Below are positions 28,138-37,760 of a stretch of 64,000 bases of DNA, piece by piece (within the stretch, counting starts at the first letter, position 1; each line of letters begins with the position of its first letter). The stretch comes from Candidatus Nomurabacteria bacterium (lineage in GTDB: Bacteria; Patescibacteriota; Minisyncoccia; Phycocordibacterales; CAIZLB01), in the NCBI GenBank assembly GCA_943356525.1, contig CALRFG010000001.1, forward strand, positions 75,919 to 139,918. The letters are read 5' to 3'. The translations under genes and the position numbers were made by a program. The notes under the pieces were generated by a model. The model was not told the DNA's origin, did not search any database, and was given only the letters and a program-made list of their open reading frames with translations.

Positions 28138-28902
28138 ATGATACATATGCGTAAAATTTTTTTATTTTTAATATTGGTTATTTTTATAAGCTTCAATACC
28201 AATATTCATGCTTATGCAACTAGTACAAACAATAACTCTAGTTCTACAAGCTTTTATTCTACAACGACTTCAAACCTAACAAAAATATATAAAGATATTA
28301 AATTAAAAGCACCTGCCTATAAACAACAATATGCAAATAGTTGTGAAGCTGCGACACTTCGTATGGCATTGGCTTTTAAGGGTTTAATTAAAAATGAAAT
28401 ACAGATTTTAACAAAATTTGGTTACAATCCTACATATATAGATTTGACAAATAATATCTGGGATGACCCTCAAAAACAATTTGTTGGTTATATAGATGTG
28501 ACTGGTAAACCTTTTGGAGGTTATGGAGTGTACGGTATTCCCGTTGCTAAAGCTATTGAGAGTTTTGGATTGAAAGCTGAATATGCAACAAGTACAAATA
28601 TAACACCCACATTTTTAGCACAAGCTGTTGATAATAATAATCCTGTTATTGTTTGGGGCTATAGCTCATTTACTGCACCTCCTTATACATGGAAAACAAA
28701 AGAAAATACAAAAGTCAAAGCTTTTAGGGGTGAGCATGTTCGTTTGATAGTTGGTTTTAAAGGGACTGTAGAAAAACCTGTTGGATTTTATGTAAATGAT
28801 TCTTTAAAAGGTCGTTATGCTGAATACTGGACTAGTGAAAAGTTAATGGAAAATATACAAAAGGTTCCAGGTGTTACCGATCAAGCTGTTGTTGTAAAAT
28901 AG
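28138..28902 (+). CDS. Secreted C39-like cysteine peptidase
   Basis: Signal peptide; YKQQYANSCEAATL, PVIVW, EHVRLIVG, VND. Confidence 0.85.
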   Translation: MIHMRKIFLFLILVIFISFNTNIHAYATSTNNNSSSTSFYSTTTSNLTKIYKDIKLKAPAYKQQYANSCEAATLRMALAFKGLIKNEIQILTKFGYNPTYIDLTNNIWDDPQKQFVGYIDVTGKPFGGYGVYGIPVAKAIESFGLKAEYATSTNITPTFLAQAVDNNNPVIVWGYSSFTAPPYTWKTKENTKVKAFRGEHVRLIVGFKGTVEKPVGFYVNDSLKGRYAEYWTSEKLMENIQKVPGVTDQAVVVK

Positions 28903-28925
28903 TCTAATAAGGCTATACTGATAAT

Positions 28926-29906
28926 ATGTTTACTCAAATCATGTTGATTTTATCTTTAATGTTTGGATCAGTTGATTTATCAGAAGGTTTACCTATAAGT
29001 TCACAATACACAGAAAAGCCTGTATCTGTATTATTTTTAGGTGATATAATGTTTGATAGAGGTGTGAGGGTAAAAGCTAACAGTATAGGATATGAAAATG
29101 TATTTGGTCCCGCAACTACAACTATACAAAATCACGATTTAACTATAGCAAATCTTGAAGGTCCGATTACATCATTTAAATCTAAATTAGTTTTACCTTC
29201 AGGTAAGGCTATATCAGGATTTCAATTTACTTTTGATAATAAAGTCGCGTTAGCACTTAAAAATGTTGGTATAGATATAGTTTCTTTGGCAAATAATCAT
29301 ACGGATAATTTTGGACAAGTAGGCTTAGATCAAACAAGAAGTATTTTATCAGAAAATGATCTTATGTATTTTGGTAGTCCTAAAAATAATCCGGCATACA
29401 CAGCAACTTCAACATGTGTAAATAATATTTGTATTGGTATTATTGGCTGGCATGAATTTGGTTATGCAAATGATCAATTTATAGTTGATAAAATAAAAGA
29501 AATAAGACCTACTGTTGATTTTCTTGTTCTGTATCCACATTGGGGAACGGAGTATGCTTTAAAGCCAAATAAGAAACAGATCAGACTTGCACATGAATGG
29601 ATAGATGCCGGTGCTGATGCAATAATAGGTCATCATCCACATGTTGTGCAAACCGTTGAAGAATATAAAGGTAAATACATATTCTATTCTTTGGGAAATT
29701 TTATATTTGATCAATATTTTTCTTTTAATACAACTCATGGTATAGGTGTTTCAGCGGAGGTGTATAAGGACAAGGTCGAGTATAAAATAATACCTTTTTC
29801 AAGTGTTGGGTCCAAGGTGAGTGAATTATCGGAGGGTGAGAAGGTGAAGATATTTGATTTGTTGAAGAAGAATTCAGGGGATTGGGTAGAGAAGTTGTTT
29901 AAATAG
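28926..29906 (+). CDS. CapA/PGA_cap family metallophosphatase
   Basis: GDIMFDRG, NLEGP, LANNH, HWGTEY, GHHPHV, YSLGNF. Confidence 0.92.
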   Translation: MFTQIMLILSLMFGSVDLSEGLPISSQYTEKPVSVLFLGDIMFDRGVRVKANSIGYENVFGPATTTIQNHDLTIANLEGPITSFKSKLVLPSGKAISGFQFTFDNKVALALKNVGIDIVSLANNHTDNFGQVGLDQTRSILSENDLMYFGSPKNNPAYTATSTCVNNICIGIIGWHEFGYANDQFIVDKIKEIRPTVDFLVLYPHWGTEYALKPNKKQIRLAHEWIDAGADAIIGHHPHVVQTVEEYKGKYIFYSLGNFIFDQYFSFNTTHGIGVSAEVYKDKVEYKIIPFSSVGSKVSELSEGEKVKIFDLLKKNSGDWVEKLFK

Positions 29907-29913
29907 GTTTTTA

Positions 29914-30037
29914 GGACTTGGTCCTTACAGGACCAGTATACCTTTGCAATTTTCTCAGAATTAAAAATTCCTCGAAAATATAGCAAAGCTTTTCAAGTCC
30001 CACCCGAAAGTGCAACCATGCACTTTCTATCACCCCA
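29914..30037 (-). repeat. tRNA-tailored element D (Val-TAC)
   Basis: Anti-acceptor, hairpin, anti-T-arm GGGACTTGAA (29992-30001), stem-loop, TATACT-GGTCCT-GTA-AGGACC-AAGTCC. Confidence 0.83.
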
Positions 30038-30040
30038 AAA

Positions 30041-30066
30041 GAAAAAGTCCCTAATGGGACTTTTTC
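30041..30066 (-). terminator. Terminator after tRNA-Val
   Basis: gaaaaagtccc-taat-gggactttttc (symmetric, possibly bidirectional). Confidence 0.75.
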
Positions 30067-30072
30067 GTTTTG

Positions 30073-30145
30073 TGCGCGATGAGGGACTTGAACCCCCGAC
30101 CTTCTCAGTGTAAATGAGTTGCTCTACCAACTGAGCTAATCGCGC
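30073..30145 (-). tRNA. tRNA-Val(TAC)
   Basis: gcgcgat..ctca-ttTACac-tgag..ggttcaagtcc..atcgcgc-a. Confidence 0.93.
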
Positions 30146-30210
30146 TTCTGTGAAAATAATATATCATATAATTATTTGATATACAAATACAATTATAGTA
30201 GGCTTATACT

Positions 30211-30792
30211 ATGGCTATAGTAGAAGAATTGGTTTTAAATAAAAAATACACATTAGGTAGAAGGGTTTTCTGGTTTTTGTTTATTAAACACAATATTAAA
30301 TTTTTCCTATTTCTTCTGATTTTAGGATTTGGTGTATATTTTATAAATACTAGCTCTTTCAAAGATTGGTTTTCCACCATTGACACTATTATAACAATTG
30401 GTATTTTAAATCTTTGGATTGCATCTTTAATATTTTGTGTAATTCTTTTAATTCTTGTTTCAACTGTTGAAAGATATATACAGCATAGATTTTTATTGAG
30501 TGAACATTCATTTCATGTTAGACGGGGTATCTTTATGGTTAAAGAAAAAGTTATACCCTACAGACATATACAAAATGTTGATATAGAAAGACCTTATCAT
30601 TTTAGAATATTAGGTTTATCAAAGCTAGATATTACAACAGCCAGAACTGATAATTTTGAAGATGAAAAATCAAACCTAATACCATTGATAGACAAGAACT
30701 TAGCCAGAAAATTATCCGAGTTTTTAGTTTTACAGGGTGTTCAAAGTCATAATGGTATAGAGTTTAATAATAAAGAAAATAAAGCATCATAG
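30211..30792 (+). CDS. Membrane protein with bPH_2 domain
   Basis: 2 TM, RRGIF..IPYRHIQNVDIER..RILGLSKLDITTA. Confidence 0.85.
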   Translation: MAIVEELVLNKKYTLGRRVFWFLFIKHNIKFFLFLLILGFGVYFINTSSFKDWFSTIDTIITIGILNLWIASLIFCVILLILVSTVERYIQHRFLLSEHSFHVRRGIFMVKEKVIPYRHIQNVDIERPYHFRILGLSKLDITTARTDNFEDEKSNLIPLIDKNLARKLSEFLVLQGVQSHNGIEFNNKENKAS

Positions 30793-30793
30793 T

Positions 30794-31357
30794 ATGTCTC
30801 CATTCCTCATTCATTTGTCTATATACATTTCAATAATATTTTCTCCTGAATTTTTATTCTTATTAAGTTTATTTGCTATATCTGTTTCTTTTATTTATTT
30901 GAGTATTAAAAGAATACCTTATAAAGAGATTCTGACTATAAATTGTCCAAATGCTATAAAGGGTATAATTATGATTTTATCATCAATAATTACCGCGACT
31001 TTATTATCACAAATCATAAAATACACATATAAAATTTCTAGACCACAGGACATGCTCGTTTTTGAAACAGGATATAGCTTTCCAAGTGGCCACACTACTG
31101 TTGCTTTTGCTATATGTTCAACTATTATATTTTTACTATTTAAATATTTTAAAGATCATAGATGGTATATAAATTACTTACATGTAGTTTTGTTTACCCT
31201 AACATCTTTACTTATTGCTGGTACTAGATTAGTTCTACAGGTGCATGATTTGATAGATATAATATTTGGTGCATTATTGGGGTTAATTTGTACATTTCTA
31301 TCTATTAAAATTTATTATAGAGCAATGCTATATATAGATAAAAAGATTTATAAATAG
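30794..31357 (+). CDS. PAP2 family phosphatase
   Basis: K..YKISRP, SFPSGH, TRLVLQVHDLIDI. Confidence 0.9.
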   Translation: MSPFLIHLSIYISIIFSPEFLFLLSLFAISVSFIYLSIKRIPYKEILTINCPNAIKGIIMILSSIITATLLSQIIKYTYKISRPQDMLVFETGYSFPSGHTTVAFAICSTIIFLLFKYFKDHRWYINYLHVVLFTLTSLLIAGTRLVLQVHDLIDIIFGALLGLICTFLSIKIYYRAMLYIDKKIYK

Positions 31358-31391
31358 TTTCAAATATTGATTTATCTGCTACAATCACGAT

Positions 31392-32240
31392 ATGGATACT
31401 CTTCTGTTAAAATCGAAACCAATATTAGATTTTTTTAATCTACATCATAAGATGACAGCTTCTCCTGTAAAGGCTCGTCTAGATATTTTCTTGATAGGAA
31501 ATAATCCTGCTTCTCAAATATATGTAAGTAAGAAAAAAGAACTGGCTGACAGTCTAGGTATAGAAACCTTTATACATAATTATAATAACAATACAGATCA
31601 AGATCTTTTACAAATAGAAATCAAAAAGATTTCAGATAATACTGAGGTGAGTGGAATAATAATACAATTACCGATTCCTAAAAATCTAAATATTCGCGAA
31701 CTATATAATCAAATAGATCCTAAAAAGGATATAGAGAGTTTAACTGATACAAATATTTCTAAACGTGCTTATGGAGAAAAAACTTATTTACCAGCTACTG
31801 CACGCGCAGTGCAAACACTTTTTGATTTTTATCAGATTGAGATAGAAGGTTTACATGTGGTTATGATTGGCAATTCGGATATAGTAGGTAAGCCTTTAGC
31901 TGCAATGTGTTTAGATAAAAAAGCTACTGTAACTATCTGTCATGAATTTACGAGAGATTTAAAAAGTATAACAAGAACAGCTGATATTGTTATTGTTGCA
32001 ATAGGAAAACCTAAGTTTATAGATGAATCATATTTTAGAGATGATAAGACTCAAGTTGTAATAGATATAGGGGTAAATGATATAGGAACAAATGAACAAA
32101 CTGGAAAAAGAAAGATTTGCGGTGATGTAGATTTTATAAATGTAAAAGATAAAGTATTGGCTATAACTCCTGTTCCTGGAGGGGTAGGTCCCCTAACAGT
32201 TTTGAGCTTAATGGAAAATTTATTGGAATCAGTGATATAA
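31392..32240 (+). CDS. folD: Methylene-THF dehydrogenase/cyclohydrolase
   Basis: GIIIQLP, IVGKP, IDIGVN, GDVDF, TPVPGGVGPLT. Confidence 0.95.
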   Translation: MDTLLLKSKPILDFFNLHHKMTASPVKARLDIFLIGNNPASQIYVSKKKELADSLGIETFIHNYNNNTDQDLLQIEIKKISDNTEVSGIIIQLPIPKNLNIRELYNQIDPKKDIESLTDTNISKRAYGEKTYLPATARAVQTLFDFYQIEIEGLHVVMIGNSDIVGKPLAAMCLDKKATVTICHEFTRDLKSITRTADIVIVAIGKPKFIDESYFRDDKTQVVIDIGVNDIGTNEQTGKRKICGDVDFINVKDKVLAITPVPGGVGPLTVLSLMENLLESVI

Positions 32241-32247
32241 TATATGT

Positions 32248-33132
32248 ATGAATAATATATCAAAAAATATGAATGAATTTATGCAATCAACAGGTCTAAA
32301 AAGAAACCTTTATACATTGATAATAGTTTTTATAGCTTTATTTGCTATAGCTAAAACTGTATTAACTTATAAAGAAGCCATTTCATTTAAAAATCCAAAC
32401 TCTGTAAATTATATTTCTGTTTCAGGTAAGGCTGAAGAATTTATAAAACCTGATACTTTAACTTTTTATATAACAGTAAATGAGGAAGGTAAGGATATAT
32501 TAGAAGCGACTGCTAAAGTTACAACCAAGGTGGATAAAGCTATATCTATACTTACAGCTAACGGTGTAAATAAAGATAATATAAAGCTTGAAGCATATAA
32601 CGTATCTGATAAATATGACACAGTTACATCTGCATGTACCTATCCTGGCACTGAACCTATTATGGAGAAAGCTACTATGATAGCTACAGCATGTATACAA
32701 ACATCAAGTTCTAAGATAGTGGGACAGATTGTTACTCAAAGTATATCTGTTAAGATTCGAGATATAGAGAAAAACGCAAACAATGATCAAAGAACAAAAA
32801 TCTTGAGTGAACTAACCTCAGAAAACATTAAAGCAGACAACTTTGCTTTCACCGTATATGATATAGATTTTGCTAAAAAAATAATAAGAGAAGAAGCTAT
32901 TAAAAATGCCAAAATTGACGCAAAAAAATTAGCCAAAGACTTGGGTGTTAGACTTGATAAATTATCAAGCTTCTCAGATAATGATGGCGATTATCCTATA
33001 TACGGTATGGGAGGTGATATGATGAATACAAAATCAGTCAGAGCTCAATCTGCCCCAATGGCAGCACCTGAGTTAACACCTGGTCAACAAAAAGTTACCT
33101 CAAATGTAACATTGACATATTCAATCAAATAG
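32248..33132 (+). CDS. SIMPL (DUF541) domain protein
   Basis: ISVSGKAE..KPD, AIKNAKIDAKKLAKDLGVRL, PGQQKVTSNVTLTY. Confidence 0.88.
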   Translation: MNNISKNMNEFMQSTGLKRNLYTLIIVFIALFAIAKTVLTYKEAISFKNPNSVNYISVSGKAEEFIKPDTLTFYITVNEEGKDILEATAKVTTKVDKAISILTANGVNKDNIKLEAYNVSDKYDTVTSACTYPGTEPIMEKATMIATACIQTSSSKIVGQIVTQSISVKIRDIEKNANNDQRTKILSELTSENIKADNFAFTVYDIDFAKKIIREEAIKNAKIDAKKLAKDLGVRLDKLSSFSDNDGDYPIYGMGGDMMNTKSVRAQSAPMAAPELTPGQQKVTSNVTLTYSIK

Positions 33133-33214
33133 TCTAATATAATAAACATGTTTAAAGCGCTCCAAAAGAGCGTTTTAAATTTGAAAAATAATTAATACAT
33201 ACTATAATAAAAAC

Positions 33215-33394
33215 ATGTCTATAATATCTTACCTAACAGAAGTTAAAGCAGAATCCAAAAATATAAAATGGCCAACAAGGAAACAGGTTATAAACTATAC
33301 TGTAGTCGTTATAGTTTTATCCACAGCACTAGCTACATATGTAGGTGCACTTGATGCATTGTTTGCAAAATTATTATCAATTGTACTTAACTAA
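33215..33394 (+). CDS. secE: Preprotein translocase SecE
   Basis: Manual translation (59 aa, not in track): YLTEVKAESKNIKWPTRKQ + TM + GALD; directly before nusG. Confidence 0.93.
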   Translation: MSIISYLTEVKAESKNIKWPTRKQVINYTVVVIVLSTALATYVGALDALFAKLLSIVLN

Positions 33395-33419
33395 TTTAAT
33401 AAAAATTTAATATAAAAAT

Positions 33420-33962
33420 ATGGCAAAGCAAATTGAAAAAGATAGAAACTGGTATGCAATACAAACATATTCAGGTTATGAAAATGCTGTTGTTCGTAAT
33501 CTAAAACAACGTATAGAGTCTCTTGGTCTCGAAGATAAGATATTCAACGTGCTTATCCCAACAAAAAAAGTTATCAAAATTAAGTCAGGTAAAAGAATAG
33601 AAGAAGATGAGAAGATTTACCCGGGGTATGTACTAGTAGAAATGATAGTAAATGACGAAACTTGGTTCAACGTTAGAAATACACCTCGTGTAACGGGCTT
33701 TGTGGGATCCGGTAATATACCTGTTCCTGTAAGTGATACAGAGTTAGCTGATATATTTGCAAACATGAAAGGTGATAACCTTATACATAACCTCGATGTA
33801 CTTATAGATGAATATGTTTCTATAGTAGATGGTCCATTTAAGGATTCTGATGGTAAAGTTTCAAAGATAGATCAAGAAAAAGGCAAACTTATAGTGTTAG
33901 TTTCTATGTTTGATAGGGAGATACCTGTTGAACTAGACTTCTTGCAAGTAAAGAAGAAATAA
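33420..33962 (+). CDS. nusG: Transcription factor NusG
   Basis: [38 protein letters not shown]. Confidence 0.97.
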   Translation: MAKQIEKDRNWYAIQTYSGYENAVVRNLKQRIESLGLEDKIFNVLIPTKKVIKIKSGKRIEEDEKIYPGYVLVEMIVNDETWFNVRNTPRVTGFVGSGNIPVPVSDTELADIFANMKGDNLIHNLDVLIDEYVSIVDGPFKDSDGKVSKIDQEKGKLIVLVSMFDREIPVELDFLQVKKK

Positions 33963-34008
33963 GCTATTATCAATCGTACAAATAGATTCGCAAATAAAAA
34001 CTAAAAAT

Positions 34009-34434
34009 ATGGCAAAAAAAGTAACAAAAATAATAAAATTACAGATCGCGGCTGCAAAAGCAACACCTGCACCACCTATTGGTACAGCTCTTGGACCTGC
34101 AGGTGTAAACATTGGAGACTTTGTAAAAAGATTCAACGATGCAACACAGGCTTTGGTAGGTAACACAGTTCCTGTGGTTATCAGTGTATATGACGACAGA
34201 TCTTTTGATTTCATCATGAAAACAGCTCCTGCAGCTGAGATGGTTAAAAAAGCTATTGGTCTTGAAAAAGGTTCAGGTACACCAAACTCTAAAAAAGCAG
34301 GTAAAATAACTCGTGCTCAAGTTAAAGAGATAGCGGAAAGAAAAATGGTTGATATGAATGCATTCGACCTTGCTGGAGCAATTAAAATGATTGAGGGTAC
34401 ATGTGCTTCACTAGGAGTTGAGATAGTTGACTAG
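34009..34434 (+). CDS. rplK: 50S ribosomal protein L11
   Basis: [20 protein letters not shown]. Confidence 0.98.
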   Translation: MAKKVTKIIKLQIAAAKATPAPPIGTALGPAGVNIGDFVKRFNDATQALVGNTVPVVISVYDDRSFDFIMKTAPAAEMVKKAIGLEKGSGTPNSKKAGKITRAQVKEIAERKMVDMNAFDLAGAIKMIEGTCASLGVEIVD

Positions 34435-34458
34435 GTTAAGAGTTTTAAAAAAATCATA

Positions 34459-34486
34459 GAAGACATCATGAAAGTGATGTTTTTTG
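34459..34486 (+). terminator. Terminator after rplK
   Basis: agacatcat-gaaa-gtgatgttt followed by a T-run. Confidence 0.7.
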
Positions 34487-34514
34487 TTTTAAGTCCTATG
34501 TTACTATATAAACT

Positions 34515-35291
34515 ATGAACACATACCTAGCACTAATATCCATACTAGAAGGTCTTACAGAATTCCTTCCTATATCATCAACAGCCCATCTTATAATTTT
34601 CTCAAAATTTATAGATATAGATTTAACTGATGCATATGTAAAGTTTTATTTATTATTTATACAACTTGGTGCACTCTTAGCTGGAGCATCTATTTTTGCA
34701 AGGAAAATATTTACAGATAAAAAATTATTTACAAATATAATTGTAAGTTTTATACCTAGTGCTATAGTTGGTTTTATTTTTTATAAAATGTTTAAGAAAT
34801 TATTGGAAGGAAATATACTGTTAATGGCGGCAATGCTTATTGTTGGTGGTATTATATTTATCTATATAGAAAAAGTATTTTTAAAGAAAGTTGATAATAT
34901 ACAAAAACAAAAAGAAACTTTAACCATAAAGGACGCTTTCATTGTTGGGCTTGCTCAGGCTGTAGCTATCATCCCTGGAGTATCCCGTTCAGGTGCTACA
35001 ATCATAGCTGGTGTATTTAGGAATATAAAAAAGTCAGTTATCATAGAATATACTTTTATCTTAGCATTACCAACCTTAGGAGCTGCTGTTTTATATGATG
35101 CATATAAATCAAGAGAGATATTTAGTATGGTATATAATTATAATGAATTGATACTGGGATTTGTTTTGGCTTTTGTTTCAGGATATTTAACTTTGTTTAT
35201 TTTGAGAAAATATTTAACTCGTATTTCTCTAACATTTTTTGGCTGGTATAGAATAGTGTTGACTGTTGTTATATTGATTACTTTGTACTAA
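34515..35291 (+). CDS. uppP: Undecaprenyl-diphosphatase
   Basis: EGLTEFLPISSTAH, IQLGA, PGVSRSGAT. Confidence 0.95.
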   Translation: MNTYLALISILEGLTEFLPISSTAHLIIFSKFIDIDLTDAYVKFYLLFIQLGALLAGASIFARKIFTDKKLFTNIIVSFIPSAIVGFIFYKMFKKLLEGNILLMAAMLIVGGIIFIYIEKVFLKKVDNIQKQKETLTIKDAFIVGLAQAVAIIPGVSRSGATIIAGVFRNIKKSVIIEYTFILALPTLGAAVLYDAYKSREIFSMVYNYNELILGFVLAFVSGYLTLFILRKYLTRISLTFFGWYRIVLTVVILITLY

Positions 35292-35948
35292 ATAAAAAAA
35301 TCTCGTACACACCGCTGGGGTATGTACGAGAAATGGTTTTTTCTGATCTTTATGCCGGCGTCTCCAAAATAGGATGAAGTTGGACATTAAGATCATAGGT
35401 ACACCAGGTTCGGGGATGGTAGTGAGTGGTATGTTTGAGTTGTGACGGACGGAAATAAAACCTCCATTACCATCGTAAGCATTCACGGCAAGGTTATTAA
35501 AGGTTGTACCTTGTATACCCCCAATTTCTAATACTCTAAACCATGATCTATTGTTAGGATCATTCATGGAAATAGAATCTGCATCCAAATCATGGAAATA
35601 GAATCTCCCCAACATACTCCAGTCTAGCTGGGGTTTATTTGGATAGAACCCGTATAGATACAGGTCTGTGTAAAAAGACCCAGTTTGAAGTATTTCCCCT
35701 TGTGGGGCGCCTAAACTAATTACCACATCGGAAAATGTGTTATTCCATTGAGGGTAAAAAGTATTCAAACTGAATATGATTTTATTTTTTTGATCATAAT
35801 AAGTTGTGTAAACCTCCTCCGACTCGATGCCGAGTCTAAAGGTTGACACTACACCTGTATCAGTTTTTGTTATCTGGACGGTTGTAGCTGCCTTAACTGC
35901 AACAATGGTGAAAAGCAGGGAAGAAACGAATGCGATAATGTTTTTCAT
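35229..35948 (-). CDS. Secreted protein with PEP-CTERM-like sorting signal
   Basis: Signal peptide; IPEPG, hydrophobic stretch, WRRRH near the C-terminus. Confidence 0.65.
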   Translation of the reverse strand: MKNIIAFVSSLLFTIVAVKAATTVQITKTDTGVVSTFRLGIESEEVYTTYYDQKNKIIFSLNTFYPQWNNTFSDVVISLGAPQGEILQTGSFYTDLYLYGFYPNKPQLDWSMLGRFYFHDLDADSISMNDPNNRSWFRVLEIGGIQGTTFNNLAVNAYDGNGGFISVRHNSNIPLTTIPEPGVPMILMSNFILFWRRRHKDQKKPFLVHTPAVCTRFFYLVQSNQYNNSQHYSIPAKKC

Positions 35949-36057
35949 AGTTCTGTGTTTATTGGAAGATTGCTTACTTTAGCATATATACTATAACACG
36001 ATATATACACAAAAGTCAAGCATACCCATAAAAGTCAAAAATGATACAATTTGCTCA

Positions 36058-36564
36058 ATGATCAAAAAAACCGTAAAGATAGATATAAACAAAGAAACAG
36101 TAAGACCAACTTGGGATCAATATTTTATGGAATTGGTAGAGACTACAGGACGCAGAGCAACTTGTAGCAGAGGAAGATCTGGATGTGTGATAACTAAAGA
36201 CAAACGTATACTTACTACAGGTTACGTAGGCTCACCTATGGGCTCAAAACATTGCGATGAGGTTGGGCATGAGATGCACAAAGTAACACATGAAGACGGG
36301 ACTGAAAGTATGCATTGCATAAGAACTATACATGCTGAACAAAATGCATTGATACAAGCATCACGTGTCGGAGTCTCACTTCAAGGTGCGACTTTATATT
36401 GTAGTATGACACCATGTTATACTTGTGCAAAACTTATCATCAACGCTGGAATTGTTCGAGTTGTTGCAAAGCAGGATTATCAGGCATCAACTCAAACTAA
36501 AAGAATTTTCAAAGAAACAAAAGTTAAACTTGAAATACTAGATAGAAATATTACTAAATATTAA
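36058..36564 (+). CDS. dCMP deaminase (ComEB-like)
   Basis: RPTWDQYFM, HAEQNA, PCYTC. Confidence 0.93.
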   Translation: MIKKTVKIDINKETVRPTWDQYFMELVETTGRRATCSRGRSGCVITKDKRILTTGYVGSPMGSKHCDEVGHEMHKVTHEDGTESMHCIRTIHAEQNALIQASRVGVSLQGATLYCSMTPCYTCAKLIINAGIVRVVAKQDYQASTQTKRIFKETKVKLEILDRNITKY

Positions 36565-36575
36565 TATACAAATAT

Positions 36576-37001
36576 ATGCAATTAAAATTTAAAAAACTTC
36601 ATCCAAATGCAAAATTACCAAGTTATGCCTATACAGGGGATGCCGGCTTAGACTTGTATATTCCAGAAGATTTAATTTTTAAACAAGGAGAAAGAAAATC
36701 GATACCAATAGGTATATCTATAGAGATACCTGAGGGTTATGTAGGTATATTATTTGATAAAAGTGGTTTATCACATAAACACGGGCTTAAGAGTTATGGA
36801 GGTATTATTGATGCTGGATATAGAGGTGAGATACATGTTGGGATGATGAATTTGTCAGATAAAGATTATGAATTTAAAGAGGGAGATAAGATTATTCAGA
36901 TACTGATCATGCCAGTTCTACAAGCTGAGGTGGTTGAATGTGAAGAATTGTCCGATTCAGATAGAGGTGATGGAGCGTTCGGTAGTAGTGGGAGTAAATA
37001 A
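36576..37001 (+). CDS. dut: dUTPase
   Basis: DAGLDL, KSGL, GIIDAGYRGE, RGDGAFGSSG. Confidence 0.96.
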   Translation: MQLKFKKLHPNAKLPSYAYTGDAGLDLYIPEDLIFKQGERKSIPIGISIEIPEGYVGILFDKSGLSHKHGLKSYGGIIDAGYRGEIHVGMMNLSDKDYEFKEGDKIIQILIMPVLQAEVVECEELSDSDRGDGAFGSSGSK

Positions 37002-37060
37002 TAAAGCTTGAATTAATTTAATAAATAAGTAAACTTCTATACAGAAAGTAAATAAATAAA

Positions 37061-37684
37061 ATGAAAAATATATACATAATAGAAGGAATAGATGGCTGTG
37101 GTAAAGATTTTGTTCAAGATCATATATTAAGTTTAATCCCAGGTAGTGTTAAAGCATTAAGAGAGCCTAATGGTCCCTTTCGAGATATACTTAAAGATAA
37201 AGAACTTCGTGATAGCGGGGTACTTGGGCCACTTGAGGAGTACATGACAATGTGGATTGGAAGATTTTTAGTTTGGGATAATGAGATAATGAAGGACTCA
37301 AAAGATACGTATATTATAAATCGCTCGTTTCCGTCAACTTTTGCGTATCAAATAGAAGGACGAGGTTTTTTTCAATATGAAGAAAATTTCCGTTTCTGGA
37401 AAAAACAACTACTAAAAATATTTGGTCCTGACAAGTATAAAATAATCCATCTCTATCTTAGGGTTGATTTAGAGATAGGTCTGGAACGAATTGGTAAGAG
37501 AGCTGATAGTGATGGTTTAGAGCATTTCGAGGAAGTAAAACTTCTTGAAAGGACTCGAATGGGATACAATAAATATTTTAGCGATAAAAGTAATTTCGAT
37601 TCTCACGAAAAAGTATTTGTGATTAATGCAAATGTTTCTAAAAAAGAGGTAATATTTCAAGTCAACAAAGCTATAGGTTTATAA
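37061..37684 (+). CDS. tmk: Thymidylate kinase
   Basis: IEGIDGCGK, REP, NRSFPSTFAYQ. Confidence 0.85.
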   Translation: MKNIYIIEGIDGCGKDFVQDHILSLIPGSVKALREPNGPFRDILKDKELRDSGVLGPLEEYMTMWIGRFLVWDNEIMKDSKDTYIINRSFPSTFAYQIEGRGFFQYEENFRFWKKQLLKIFGPDKYKIIHLYLRVDLEIGLERIGKRADSDGLEHFEEVKLLERTRMGYNKYFSDKSNFDSHEKVFVINANVSKKEVIFQVNKAIGL

Positions 37685-37701
37685 AAACCATTTTTTCATC
37701 A

Positions 37702-37732
37702 AAGCTGACCTCCCCAGAGGTCGGCTTTTTTT
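37702..37732 (+). terminator. Intrinsic terminator
   Basis: aagctgacctc..gaggtcggctt followed by a T-run. Confidence 0.75.
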
Positions 37733-37760
37733 ACGTCCCAGATTCTGCTATATTGATATC

